Shown: positions 48,764 to 57,885, counted from the stretch's first letter. The stretch: DNA of 64,000 bases from an uncultured Candidatus Poseidoniales archaeon (GCA_905182125.1 CAJJAV010000026.1:18194-82193), one strand, 5' to 3'. Numbers and translations: made by a program. Notes: generated from the letters alone by a model not told the origin.

Positions 48764-50136
48764 GCGGACATGGAAATGACGTTGCAAACAGTATCTGGCT
48801 GCGTGCAGTCATGATGGCCGGAATGATCCTCACTGTTGGTGTGATTGGATTTGCCGTGCTTGGTGTTGCAATCGCAGGCCAAAAGCATCACACATGGGAA
48901 GAAGAACACCATCACTACGATGATGCCAAAGAAGAATGGCAGACCGCAGTTGCAAACGCTGAAATCTCTGGCGACGACCATTCTGCAGAACTCTACATCA
49001 CCAAGGAAGAGGCTCACAACACCGAAATTGCAGCCCACCTTTCCTACCTCACCTACCGTGTTGCGGGCATGACCATGCTCTTCCTCGCAGCAGGGTACGC
49101 ATCCTTCATCGGACTTGGCGGATTCTTGAACGCAAGTAAACCAAAAGCAGACGATCATGGCGATGACCACGGCGATGGCTACGGTGATGATCACCATGGC
49201 TCAGCTTCGCCGATCATCTTCGCGTTTGGTATCATGGTGTTCTTGACCGGTTTACCCGATTTCATCGTCGCTTGCAAAGCCTTGCTCGATGAAACCGTTC
49301 CGGCGGAATTAGGCATGCTCGGTGTTAGCGTTTCAGGATTGTTGATCATCGTGATCGCAGTTTCCAACTGGTGGTTCGAAGATTTGCCATTCATCGGTCA
49401 CGGTGAACAAATTGCAACCTCGTATCCTTTCGAAGGCGACCACATCCGCAAGGTGGGTCTTTGGGTGTTCATCATGTCTGAAATCATGGTGTTCGCCACG
49501 TTCTTCTCCTCGTACCTACGAATGCGTACCGAATGGTGCACAAAGTGGGCATTCAAGGCCAGCGACGGTGGATTTGAGGGCTGTGAAAGCCCTGATGATT
49601 GGGTCCTCACGGCATCCGATTACCTCCGACCTGGTGGCGCTAAAATTGACGGACTGGGTAATTCAGTCGGTGACTTCTGGACGCTCTTGCCTGGTGGAAT
49701 CAACACCTTTGCCCTGATCATCTCCTCCTACACCATCGTTCTCGCACTCAAGACTGCAAAGAACGCAAACTGGGAAGCGCCAAAGGGCATCATGGGCAAA
49801 CTCATGCCGACTCGAAAGGCAGCTGTTCGAAACTACCTCATTGCCACACTCATGCTTGGTTCTCTGTTCATCGTGCTCAAACTCGTTGAGTGGAGCCACT
49901 TGGTTGCTGAAGGGTTCACCATCGGCACCGTCCAAGGTTCAATCTTCTACATTGCTACCGGCGCACACGGTCTTCACGTGTTTGTCGGTTTGGTGATCAT
50001 GCTGTATCTGGTGTTCAAGGCAGACACCATCGGCTTTGATGAGGACAATGCACAGGGCATCGAATACTTCGGTCTCTACTGGCACTTTGTCGACTTGGCT
50101 TGGGTGGTTATCTTCCCAGCATTCTACTTGTATTGA
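48760..50136 (+). CDS. coxC: Cytochrome c oxidase subunit III with N-terminal extension carrying His/Asp-rich tracts
   Basis: C-terminal ATGAHGLHVFVGL and YWHFVDLAWVVIFPAFYLY. ATGA start/stop overlap with coxA. 458 aa, compared with roughly 200-270 aa as I recall for typical subunit III. Confidence 0.85.
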   Translation: MSGHGNDVANSIWLRAVMMAGMILTVGVIGFAVLGVAIAGQKHHTWEEEHHHYDDAKEEWQTAVANAEISGDDHSAELYITKEEAHNTEIAAHLSYLTYRVAGMTMLFLAAGYASFIGLGGFLNASKPKADDHGDDHGDGYGDDHHGSASPIIFAFGIMVFLTGLPDFIVACKALLDETVPAELGMLGVSVSGLLIIVIAVSNWWFEDLPFIGHGEQIATSYPFEGDHIRKVGLWVFIMSEIMVFATFFSSYLRMRTEWCTKWAFKASDGGFEGCESPDDWVLTASDYLRPGGAKIDGLGNSVGDFWTLLPGGINTFALIISSYTIVLALKTAKNANWEAPKGIMGKLMPTRKAAVRNYLIATLMLGSLFIVLKLVEWSHLVAEGFTIGTVQGSIFYIATGAHGLHVFVGLVIMLYLVFKADTIGFDEDNAQGIEYFGLYWHFVDLAWVVIFPAFYLY

Positions 50137-50145
50137 GGTGAAATT

Positions 50146-50511
50146 ATGGGAGAACACGCAAATTTATACATGGGCAAAGACGTCTATTTTTGGAACTTCA
50201 TCGTCTTGATGGTGTTCACACTGTTCGAACTTGGAGCCGTTTTCTTTGAAACGGTTCCAGGAACTGAAATTGAAATCAAGAGGTCAGTGGTTTGGGCCAT
50301 CCTCATCGTGGTCGGCATCGTCAAGGGCTACGGTATTGCAGCGTTTTTCATGCACTTGAGGGATGAGCACAAGTGGTTCAACATCACGTTCATGTTCCCT
50401 TGGATCTTTGTTGCACTGATGATTTGGGGCATTGGTCTATCGAACCCTGAAGGCGTCTCAGGACTCCCAAGCTGGTGCACACCAGATTGGAGTTACGCAA
50501 CCGAACGCTGA
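50146..50511 (+). CDS. Small 3-TM subunit, probable cytochrome oxidase subunit IV (prokaryotic CoxD/COX4_pro-like)
   Basis: Position directly after coxC, with GAGGTGA 7 nt upstream. Three hydrophobic helices in 121 aa. Confidence 0.55.
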   Translation: MGEHANLYMGKDVYFWNFIVLMVFTLFELGAVFFETVPGTEIEIKRSVVWAILIVVGIVKGYGIAAFFMHLRDEHKWFNITFMFPWIFVALMIWGIGLSNPEGVSGLPSWCTPDWSYATER

Positions 50512-50556
50512 ACTGAATAGGATAACCTTCAAACCCTTCGCCCGAGGGCAGTAATC

Positions 50557-52083
50557 ATGATGCTTCGTCGAACACTGACTTTTGCCATTTGCTTGGCTTT
50601 GCTTGTAGCAGCAACTCCGACCGCATCAGCGTACAAAGGCTTCCAACTTTCTCGAAACGATGTGCTCGATTTTACACTCACCGATCAGAACGGTGAAAAT
50701 TTCACATTCTCAACACTCGATAAGCAAGTCACGGTCGTCTCATTCATCTTCACCGCATGCCCTGATGTGTGCCCAGTGATCACCCAATCTTTACGCCTCG
50801 TTCAGGAAGGTCTTTCTCCTTCAGATGCAGAAAATGTAGGCTTTGTCTCCATTTCAGTGGATCCAGATCGAGATACACCTGAGGCCCTTACGGCATACAC
50901 GGAACGCCACGGTGTTGCTTGGCCCCACTTGACGGGTGACAAGGATGTGCTTGCTGATATCTATCGCAACTTTGGTGTGCTGGTCGATCAAGAAGTTATC
51001 GACGCACATATCGAATTCAACGATGACCCAACGGTCACCTACGTCGACACTTCTGGAAATTCGACAGAATTGATGTTCGCCCTAAGCGGTTGGGGCATGC
51101 ATCAGTCGATTGCATACTATGCTGGCTGGGAAATCAATGCTACTGAAAGCCAATATGGCCACTACATTACCTCCATTGAGGGCGTCGAAGCGCCTGAAGA
51201 TGGTTCATGGTATTGGAGCCTCTTGGTCCACAACGAATCCTCTATGGCATGGGAAGAATCCAGCGTCGGTATCGATTCAATCGATGCACTCGAGCACAAT
51301 CAACTCGTTTGGGCGGCTTCAAACGCCAACACTTCCCTGCTGAATGCACCTGATGAAGAACACCCAACAATGCAAATTCTCTTCCCTGACAACACCACTG
51401 CAAACTGGACCATGGATTACGTCACTGCATGGCAGCTTTCTTTGGGAGCATTTGGCGGGGCTGGAATCAATGCTTCGATTGGATTCAAAGAAGGACCTGG
51501 GTATGAGATGGAATCCATAGACGGTGTCGCTGGACCAGCGAATGACTCGTGGTCGTGGAATCTTGCCTCGTGGAACACAACAACTGGTGTGTGGGAATCT
51601 TGGCCGGAGTACATGGACAGTCTTGTGAATCCGCCCTACATCGCTTGGGCACCCAATTCAACCAACCTTTCTGATATTCCTCCACCAGGTGCGACCCTTC
51701 GTGAAGAAACAGCAGCCGGTGTGTGCAACGACTACGGTTGGGAAATGGGCTCTGGCGCAAGCAAGCACTGCATGTGCGATGAAGGCTATGAGTGGGCTGA
51801 AAACGATCGACTATCATGCGTTTCAAGCGATTCAACTGTGATTGATTACTCAGTCGGCCACTCCACCATCACATACATCCTTGATGGCATGAGCCCCATC
51901 GTTGCGTGGACCGGCGATTCGTGGCGAGCTGAAGATTTCCTTCTTGATGTGGAAATAGCCCTGGGCGGCGAACCTGGACCCGAAGGAACCGACGGCCTCC
52001 CGGGGCTCACCTTCGGTATCGCTATGTCCGCACTTGGCCTTGCAGCCGTTGCCGTCACACCTCGCCGTGAACACGATGAGTGA
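50557..52083 (+). CDS. SCO1/SenC-type copper chaperone whose thioredoxin fold is interrupted by a large glycoprotein-like insertion; C-terminal TM anchor
   Basis: VVSFIFTACPDVCP (CxxxC), VSISVDPDRDTPEALTAYTERHG, LTGDKDVLADIYRNFGV, and then, about 280 aa later, DYSVGHSTITYILDG (conserved His strand). C-terminal LPGLTFGIAMSALGLAAVAVTPRRE. Confidence 0.8.
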   Translation: MMLRRTLTFAICLALLVAATPTASAYKGFQLSRNDVLDFTLTDQNGENFTFSTLDKQVTVVSFIFTACPDVCPVITQSLRLVQEGLSPSDAENVGFVSISVDPDRDTPEALTAYTERHGVAWPHLTGDKDVLADIYRNFGVLVDQEVIDAHIEFNDDPTVTYVDTSGNSTELMFALSGWGMHQSIAYYAGWEINATESQYGHYITSIEGVEAPEDGSWYWSLLVHNESSMAWEESSVGIDSIDALEHNQLVWAASNANTSLLNAPDEEHPTMQILFPDNTTANWTMDYVTAWQLSLGAFGGAGINASIGFKEGPGYEMESIDGVAGPANDSWSWNLASWNTTTGVWESWPEYMDSLVNPPYIAWAPNSTNLSDIPPPGATLREETAAGVCNDYGWEMGSGASKHCMCDEGYEWAENDRLSCVSSDSTVIDYSVGHSTITYILDGMSPIVAWTGDSWRAEDFLLDVEIALGGEPGPEGTDGLPGLTFGIAMSALGLAAVAVTPRREHDE

Positions 52084-52143
52084 TTTTCACAAGCCTCCTC
52101 AGCCGAAAACGGTATGATGGAGTGATGCACGGCTTGGTTTGTT

Positions 52144-52226
52144 GCAGAGATCGCATAGCCCGGTATTGCGGTGGACTTGAAATCCACTGTCTTCTAGACA
52201 CGGGGGTTCGAATCCCTCTCTCTGCG
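52144..52226 (+). tRNA. tRNA-Ser (anticodon UGA), long variable arm, no encoded CCA
   Basis: Hand fold gives acceptor GCAGAGA/TCTCTGC (7 Watson-Crick pairs) and anticodon arm GTGGA-CTTGAAA-TCCAC. The variable arm is TGTCTTCTAGACAC, the T arm is GGGGG-TTCGAAT-CCCTC, and the discriminator is G. Confidence 0.9.
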
Positions 52227-52227
52227 C

Positions 52228-52233
52228 TTTTTT
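52228..52233 (+). terminator. Oligo-T tract (T6) immediately after tRNA-Ser, archaeal-type terminator candidate
   Basis: Sequence GCG-C-TTTTTT-CCC directly follows the discriminator base. Confidence 0.4.
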
Positions 52234-52307
52234 CCCACCCGTACGGTGAATTCATTTCGCTTAAAATGAGGGAAGAGTTCTCAAACTAAAGCACCCCTTG
52301 GGCAAAT

Positions 52308-53816
52308 ATGCGCCGAGGTGCCTTCGCCGTCTCCCTCTTGGGTCTCATGCTGCTTGCGGGTTGCTTTGGCCCCTCAACCGCCTCGTGGGGCACTGGTAAC
52401 GGTGCTGTTGAAGTCGATTTTGATCGCGCTTCGACGAGTTTTACCAGCACCCTTGGCCCAGAGTCATCCAGCATGGACGATCTCCAAGCCGTTGGATGCT
52501 CGCCCGGTGAAGAAGACCTTGGAACCAACAAGACGATGCCCGTTAAATTCACAGGGTTCCTCGCTGCAAGTCAACTGTACGCTTCACACACAGACCAGGT
52601 CAAGAACATCGGTCTCAGTGTCACGACGAGCGTTGCCATCAATTCGATGTCGTTCAGTCAAGCAGCCGAGACCATCGAGGGCGAAGGCGCCCGGGTCGAC
52701 CTGAAGGATTGGAACGATCCACTTAACCCACAAACAGGGGCAGGATCCGTTGATTTGGACGAAATTGATGCCGATGAAGACACCCGTTGGTACATCCTCG
52801 CTTTGATCCCAACCACCGAACACATCCAAGATGGCATGCTTTCGCTCGGTGAATGGCATCAACCTGTCACCATTCAAGGCTACTTGGTCTCAAGCAACGC
52901 CAGCAACGCTTACGGCTACCACTCCATTCAAACGGTCAGCGATGACTGCACACTTGATGTTGGAAACCAAAACCGCGAACAGTTGTTTGTTATGGTCACC
53001 GGTATCAAACTCGATGGCGCAAGTGTGACTTCAAACGGGGAAGCAGATGATGAATGGGTGCACGGCGATGTGCCAATTCTCGGGCGCACCGGCTTTGTCA
53101 CGATGTTCTTCGTCGTCGGCCTTGGTGGGGCAGTTGGCGCGTTTATTCTCTCGAAGATGTTCGTTATGAAAGGGGCTCAGAACACCATGAAGATCCTTCT
53201 TGGTAAAGCAGGAATTGCCCAGGTCAAGAAAGTCAAGCAAGACGTCAAGAAGGCCAAAGCCACAGGCATGGTTTCTCCCAAAGAACGTCAGGCTGAACAA
53301 CGTTCAAAAGCTCGCAAAGAGATGCCTAAGACCGAGAAGAAATCAAAGGAGAGCGCACTTGCAGGTTTTGATCTCGACAGTATTTTGTCGAGCGATGATT
53401 CAGACTCGTCTCCAGTTGGTTCCTCCAGTGGTGGCTCATCTGTAGTCGTAACAGAGGCTGCAAAGGAGATGGTGGACACCGCTAGCCAACAGTCCTCTTC
53501 GGTTCCATCTGTGAGCACACCGACCACAGCCAGCAATGTTTTCGTTCCACCAACACGTTCCAGCAGCGCTCCAACAAGCGTCGTCTCGACACAACCTGAC
53601 CCTGAACCGCGGGGCCACTTCACCAGTGTTGCCCCTTCGAGGTCCTCGACGCCGGAGCCTAAGCCGGCAACCAAGAAGAAAGCGGTTCGAAAGCGCAAAG
53701 CAGCCGTTGCAGCACCTGCGACTGAAGAGCCAGTTGCTCGCGAAGAACCAGCACCAACGCCAGCAAAGAAGGCGACCTTCGAAGAAGAGGAAGACTTCTC
53801 AGATTTCTCATTCTGA
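52308..53816 (+). CDS. Hypothetical membrane-anchored surface protein with lipobox-like signal and Lys/Ser/Thr/Pro-rich cytoplasmic tail
   Basis: N-terminus MRRGAFAVSLLGLMLLAGCFGPS (L-A-G-C). TM helix GFVTMFFVVGLGGAVGAFIL. Disordered tail (KKVKQDVKKAKA...SSAPTSVVSTQPDPEP...). Confidence 0.55.
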   Translation: MRRGAFAVSLLGLMLLAGCFGPSTASWGTGNGAVEVDFDRASTSFTSTLGPESSSMDDLQAVGCSPGEEDLGTNKTMPVKFTGFLAASQLYASHTDQVKNIGLSVTTSVAINSMSFSQAAETIEGEGARVDLKDWNDPLNPQTGAGSVDLDEIDADEDTRWYILALIPTTEHIQDGMLSLGEWHQPVTIQGYLVSSNASNAYGYHSIQTVSDDCTLDVGNQNREQLFVMVTGIKLDGASVTSNGEADDEWVHGDVPILGRTGFVTMFFVVGLGGAVGAFILSKMFVMKGAQNTMKILLGKAGIAQVKKVKQDVKKAKATGMVSPKERQAEQRSKARKEMPKTEKKSKESALAGFDLDSILSSDDSDSSPVGSSSGGSSVVVTEAAKEMVDTASQQSSSVPSVSTPTTASNVFVPPTRSSSAPTSVVSTQPDPEPRGHFTSVAPSRSSTPEPKPATKKKAVRKRKAAVAAPATEEPVAREEPAPTPAKKATFEEEEDFSDFSF

Positions 53817-54959
53817 CCCGGGTACACACACTCGGACTGCTCTGGGAAGGACCTTCATCGACAGGGGTGTTGATCCAATGTTTTCCCCGTCGACGTTGAT
53901 TGCACTTGGCTCGGGCGTTTCAATCGACAGCGTGGTAAAGCGATGGTAATCCACTCGCGGATGGAACACATGGCGCCCTTCTGCTTTGAGCATGCCAAAG
54001 GCCTTGAACACATCTCGACGGGTCATCTTCTTGAGGATGCCAATGTCCATGATGCCATCATCGAGGGAAGCTCCAGGTGCTAAGGGCAGCAAAGATCCTC
54101 CAGTTTGGCTGTTCTGGATCAAAAAGAGTGTGTAATCATCTTTCATTTCCACACCATCAACGCACAATGTGGCTTGGCGTCGGTTGTTAGCCATGATGGC
54201 CATCACAATGCCAACATCGTATCGAATCGGGCCCATCCAGCGCATTTTTTCTGCCTTAAGGGTTGAGTCGACACCGAGACCCCACGTCACAAGGTTGTGG
54301 CTGTAGCGGGTTGTGGTGCCTTCAACAGCCCCCGGCAAACCGTTGCCCATCTCGACCTTCGCTAAATCGAGCGCTTGATGGCGTCCTTGCAAAATGTGGG
54401 TGACGGCCTCTTCGGTTGTACCGATCGCTAAGTCGGCGGCCATGGAATTTCCAGTGCCAGCAGGAATCAACCCAAACAATTCATCTTTTTCCGAGGTTGC
54501 TTGCATGCGTCCTGTGATCACTTCAGAGAGACTTCCATCGCCACCTACAACAGCAAAAACATCACTGGCCTTTGCTTTAATTTCGGATGCGATTTCAATC
54601 AGGTGGCCGCTGTAGGTCGAAAAGTGAATGTTCACTTCGACTCCCTGGGCTTCCAAAAGGGATTTTGCTAACTCTGCGGTTTGGCGTCCTTTTTTCTTCC
54701 CAGAATAAGGGTTCACCAGCATATGAACACGCTTTGTCGCTTTTCCTTTTTTTGATTTTTGAGTGAAGACAGGTGCATAATGAGGCTTATGCACCCCTTT
54801 CTTCATCTTTGACGATTGATCTGGTTGGAAGTCGAGGGGGGTGGGGCGCTCAGCGTTTTCATCGGAGGGCATGGATTGAACAGAACCAACAAGCGTTTGA
54901 AACCTTCTCCGATGAACGCCATCCGGGGTCGAATGTAAGGTGGGTAGGAATTGAGTCAT
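53808..54959 (-). CDS. Diacylglycerol-kinase-catalytic-domain lipid kinase (YegS/sphingosine-kinase-like)
   Basis: HMLVNPYSGKKKG, VVGGDGSLSEVITG and LIPAGTGNSMAADL. ATG 54959 preferred, as it lies 27 nt downstream of a TTATAA element. ATG 54986 is the alternative. Confidence 0.75.
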   Translation of the reverse strand: MTQFLPTLHSTPDGVHRRRFQTLVGSVQSMPSDENAERPTPLDFQPDQSSKMKKGVHKPHYAPVFTQKSKKGKATKRVHMLVNPYSGKKKGRQTAELAKSLLEAQGVEVNIHFSTYSGHLIEIASEIKAKASDVFAVVGGDGSLSEVITGRMQATSEKDELFGLIPAGTGNSMAADLAIGTTEEAVTHILQGRHQALDLAKVEMGNGLPGAVEGTTTRYSHNLVTWGLGVDSTLKAEKMRWMGPIRYDVGIVMAIMANNRRQATLCVDGVEMKDDYTLFLIQNSQTGGSLLPLAPGASLDDGIMDIGILKKMTRRDVFKAFGMLKAEGRHVFHPRVDYHRFTTLSIETPEPSAINVDGENIGSTPLSMKVLPRAVRVCVPGSE

Positions 54960-54985
54960 GCTGCATAAATGGAATTCTAAAACCA

Positions 54986-54991
54986 TTATAA
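54986..54991 (-). promoter_or_regulatory. Candidate TATA element (TTATAA) positioned for a leaderless lipid-kinase transcript
   Basis: TTATAA lies 27 nt upstream of ATG 54959, the spacing expected for an archaeal TATA-to-TSS distance with a leaderless mRNA. Confidence 0.3.
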
Positions 54992-55070
54992 CGGCGCAGT
55001 AGCCTGTTCAACCACAAAGGGTTCGCAGAAGTATGCAAGATGTCTTGAACCCCAGCCGTGTGGACAGAGC

Positions 55071-56090
55071 ATGGCCACAGTGTGGAGTGACGAGGAACAG
55101 GGGTTCATGCAACGAGCCCTGGACGTTGCTGAACGGGGCAGGGGCCGAGTGAGCCCGAACCCGCTTGTTGGCTGTGTTCTGGTCAAAGACAGAAACGTGA
55201 TCGCTGAAGGATGGCACGACCATCTCGGAGGCCTTCACGCTGAGCAAATGGCCATTCACGACGCTGAAAAGAACGGTTTTTCCTCGAACGGAGCCACCGC
55301 GTACGTTACGCTTGAGCCTTGCAACCATTTCGGCAGAACACCTCCATGCACCGAGGCACTGATGTGGGCGGGCATCAAAGAAGTGATTGTCGCCCATTTA
55401 GATCCCAATCCAACCGTACGAGGTGCGGGAATACAGGTGCTTGAGCGAGCAGGAATCAAGGTCCGTCAAGGCCTGCTTGAGGCTGAGGCTGGAGCGCAGA
55501 TGCGGGCGTTCATGCACTGGTGTGCTCACCGCCGCCCAATGGTCACGGTCAAACTTGCAGTTGACCGCAATGGTTCGGTTGACGACCGATCTGGAGCCTC
55601 ACAACGCTTCACTTCAGAAGCATGCCTCGATGAGGTCCACCAACTTCGTATGGAATGTGACGCAGTTTTGGTTGGTGCCGAAACCGTTGTTCGAGATAAC
55701 CCTTCACTCACGGTACGCCGGATTGATGTTGAACGCCAACCATTGCGAATCATCCTCGATCCGAACGACCGGGTCCCAAGCGAGTCAACCTTGCTCAACG
55801 ATGGAGAGGAAACCCTCCACATCACCTCGACCTTCAGAGGTCTTGGGCCCCTGCTCAATCAACTGGGCGATCGCGACATACAGCGCATCCTTGTTGAAGG
55901 CGGTCCTGCAACGATTCACGCTTTCCTTGAAGACGGCCTTGTCGACGAATTCTTCTTGGTTCAAAGCGGGGTTGAACACGCCCAACCAGTGAGCGCTAAC
56001 ATCGATGAAGCCTTGCTTACAGCAATGGGATTACAACGGTTTGATGACGAACAATGGGGCGAAGAAGTCGTCCAACATTGGTCGCGCTGA
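55071..56090 (+). CDS. ribD: Bifunctional riboflavin biosynthesis protein RibD (pyrimidine deaminase plus reductase)
   Basis: Deaminase Zn motifs HAEQMAI and TLEPCNHFGRTPPC. C-terminal RibD_C-like reductase domain (VTVKLAVDRNG, ILVEGGPATI). Confidence 0.88.
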   Translation: MATVWSDEEQGFMQRALDVAERGRGRVSPNPLVGCVLVKDRNVIAEGWHDHLGGLHAEQMAIHDAEKNGFSSNGATAYVTLEPCNHFGRTPPCTEALMWAGIKEVIVAHLDPNPTVRGAGIQVLERAGIKVRQGLLEAEAGAQMRAFMHWCAHRRPMVTVKLAVDRNGSVDDRSGASQRFTSEACLDEVHQLRMECDAVLVGAETVVRDNPSLTVRRIDVERQPLRIILDPNDRVPSESTLLNDGEETLHITSTFRGLGPLLNQLGDRDIQRILVEGGPATIHAFLEDGLVDEFFLVQSGVEHAQPVSANIDEALLTAMGLQRFDDEQWGEEVVQHWSR

Positions 56091-56153
56091 TTCAACGATG
56101 TTCTGAATAATTTAAGTGGTACAGAACCCGCAATTTGCGGCCCTCACGAAGAG

Positions 56154-56227
56154 TGGGCGATGCAGGATTCGAACCCGCGTCGTCGGGTTCGAAGCCCGAC
56201 AGGATATCCAGGCTACCCTAATCGCCC
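56154..56227 (-). tRNA. tRNA-Arg (anticodon UCG), no encoded CCA
   Basis: Hand fold of the reverse complement gives acceptor GGGCGAT/ATCGCCC and anticodon arm TCGGG-CTTCGAA-CCCGA. The T arm is GCGGG-TTCGAAT-CCTGC and the discriminator is A. The D stem has G10-U25 and a 13:22 mismatch. Confidence 0.85.
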
Positions 56228-56282
56228 CAAACCACCCGAGTTAGCCACCCTTCTTGAATAAGGCGGGTCGTTTACAACGGAC

Positions 56283-56687
56283 ATGGGGCGCTCACTTCCG
56301 TGCATACCAACGGGGTGTTCTGCGTGTTGCAGAGAGACCACGATGCCCCTCACAAAGGCAGAAGGGGCCCTTCTTTCACGCCGGACTGGCATGGAGGTTG
56401 ACGCCTTCACATGGAAAAACAACGGCGTGCTTACTTTGCTGAACGATGAAACCACGCGTGCATGTGTGTTTCTTCTGACATCATCTTCCGACGTCAATGC
56501 TGAAGGCATGTGCTCTGTTTACGAGGTACGGCCCCGGGGTTGCAGAACCTATCCCAACGTACTCAACGATGAGGATGAAGCGATTTTGGACGAGGGCTGC
56601 CCTCATCGTGCTCAATTCCCTGAACCAACAGAAGAGGATGCAATCACGTTGCTCAATCTCGAAGAACAACTGTTGCGTGAAGTATGA
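56283..56687 (+). CDS. YkgJ-family (CxxCxxCC, UPF0153) cysteine-cluster protein
   Basis: N-terminal CIPTGCSACC and C-terminal CSVYEVRPRGCRTYP. Confidence 0.7.
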   Translation: MGRSLPCIPTGCSACCRETTMPLTKAEGALLSRRTGMEVDAFTWKNNGVLTLLNDETTRACVFLLTSSSDVNAEGMCSVYEVRPRGCRTYPNVLNDEDEAILDEGCPHRAQFPEPTEEDAITLLNLEEQLLREV

Positions 56688-57849
56688 GTCGGCCTAAACT
56701 TGCGTGCACGTGCTCAATCCATCGGCCTTGAACACTCCAGCCGGAGAGGCTGAGCGCTTGTTCGACATCAGGCCATTCACCGTGCAACAGGTTGACCATT
56801 TCCTCATCCATCAGAGGTGCGTCAGGACGTTCGCCCATTGGATGAATCGGGAGGATCAAGACCAACCCTGCGTTGCTGTCTGCGACTTCCTGAGCGCTCA
56901 TAAGCACGCTTTCAAGCAGCTTCATTGGAGCCAAAGAGCCCTGTGAATTCCGCCCATAGGGTGGGTCGAGAACGAACCCTGAAACAGGACCACAACCCTG
57001 TGGCAGTGCGGCGCTTAGGTGTGTCGAATCGCCTTGACAAACCGTGGCCAGATGATCAGTATGCCCTGCTTCATTGAGTGCCCATGCTAGGTTTTCTTGC
57101 GTGCCCTCGACCATCATCTCATCCAGATCCAGACCAACAACCCTGCGCCCAGACAGCGCTGCTTCAATCAGAAAACCACCAGTGCCGGTCATCATGTCAA
57201 GCGTGGTTCCGGTGTGAACCGGGCCCGATGCGATGTTGACTGCCAAACGAGCAAGACGTGGATCGAGGCTGACGGGTTTGAAAAACGGGCGTTCAGCAGC
57301 CCTTCGCGTTGCAATTCCGTCGGATTCATCTCCGAACCCAACCATCCATCCACAAGCAATGGTGTTCGAACTGGCGTCGATCACAACGCCAAAGCGATGG
57401 TCGGGCGCATCGAGATCAATGGCATAGCCTGCGTCGCTCAAGCGTCCACCGATGCGCTGTGCCAACTGACTTGGTCCGACGCCTTCGATTCGGCCTTCAT
57501 GACGCCAAGCGCGTACGGCCACGGTGCCGTTTTGCGGATGAGCCTGAACATGTTCAATGACTGCTGCGATGAAGGCATCCATCGAATCCGAGCCTTGATG
57601 GGTCCACAAAAGAGCGTTGCAGAGGATGGCTTGGCACCCACTGGAAACCGCCACTGCTTGGCTGAGAACGCTTTCTGTAGCATCACCATCGAGGCGCATC
57701 AGTCGTCGCCCCTCGAGTCGCTCGGTTTCGAGTTCGGGCAGCAACGAAGCAAGTTCAGCACGAGCAAGCGCAGGGTGCCACCCCCGCAAACACGCCACAT
57801 GCCTCGCCATGACTGGCGCTTGCGCCCCGACTTCTTGACGGGTTCGCAT
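56653..57849 (-). CDS. THUMP-domain tRNA (guanine(10)-N2)-methyltransferase (Trm11/Trm-G10 type)
   Basis: SAM motif LDMMTGTGGFLIEAALSGRRVVGLD and catalytic FVLDPPYG. Start uncertain (ATG 57849, ATG 57810 or GTG 57861). Confidence 0.78.
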   Translation of the reverse strand: MRTRQEVGAQAPVMARHVACLRGWHPALARAELASLLPELETERLEGRRLMRLDGDATESVLSQAVAVSSGCQAILCNALLWTHQGSDSMDAFIAAVIEHVQAHPQNGTVAVRAWRHEGRIEGVGPSQLAQRIGGRLSDAGYAIDLDAPDHRFGVVIDASSNTIACGWMVGFGDESDGIATRRAAERPFFKPVSLDPRLARLAVNIASGPVHTGTTLDMMTGTGGFLIEAALSGRRVVGLDLDEMMVEGTQENLAWALNEAGHTDHLATVCQGDSTHLSAALPQGCGPVSGFVLDPPYGRNSQGSLAPMKLLESVLMSAQEVADSNAGLVLILPIHPMGERPDAPLMDEEMVNLLHGEWPDVEQALSLSGWSVQGRWIEHVHASLGRLILHATVVLRD

Positions 57850-57885
57850 GCGAACAACCACATACCCGTACCCAATGTGAAATTC

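Noticed and set aside
57097-57885. N-terminal 263 codons of the 605-aa ORF containing FEN1
   Set aside because: This part is antisense to the Trm11-type methyltransferase and has no FEN1 homology. The canonical FEN1 N-terminus (MGCNLRDI...) begins at ATG 57886.
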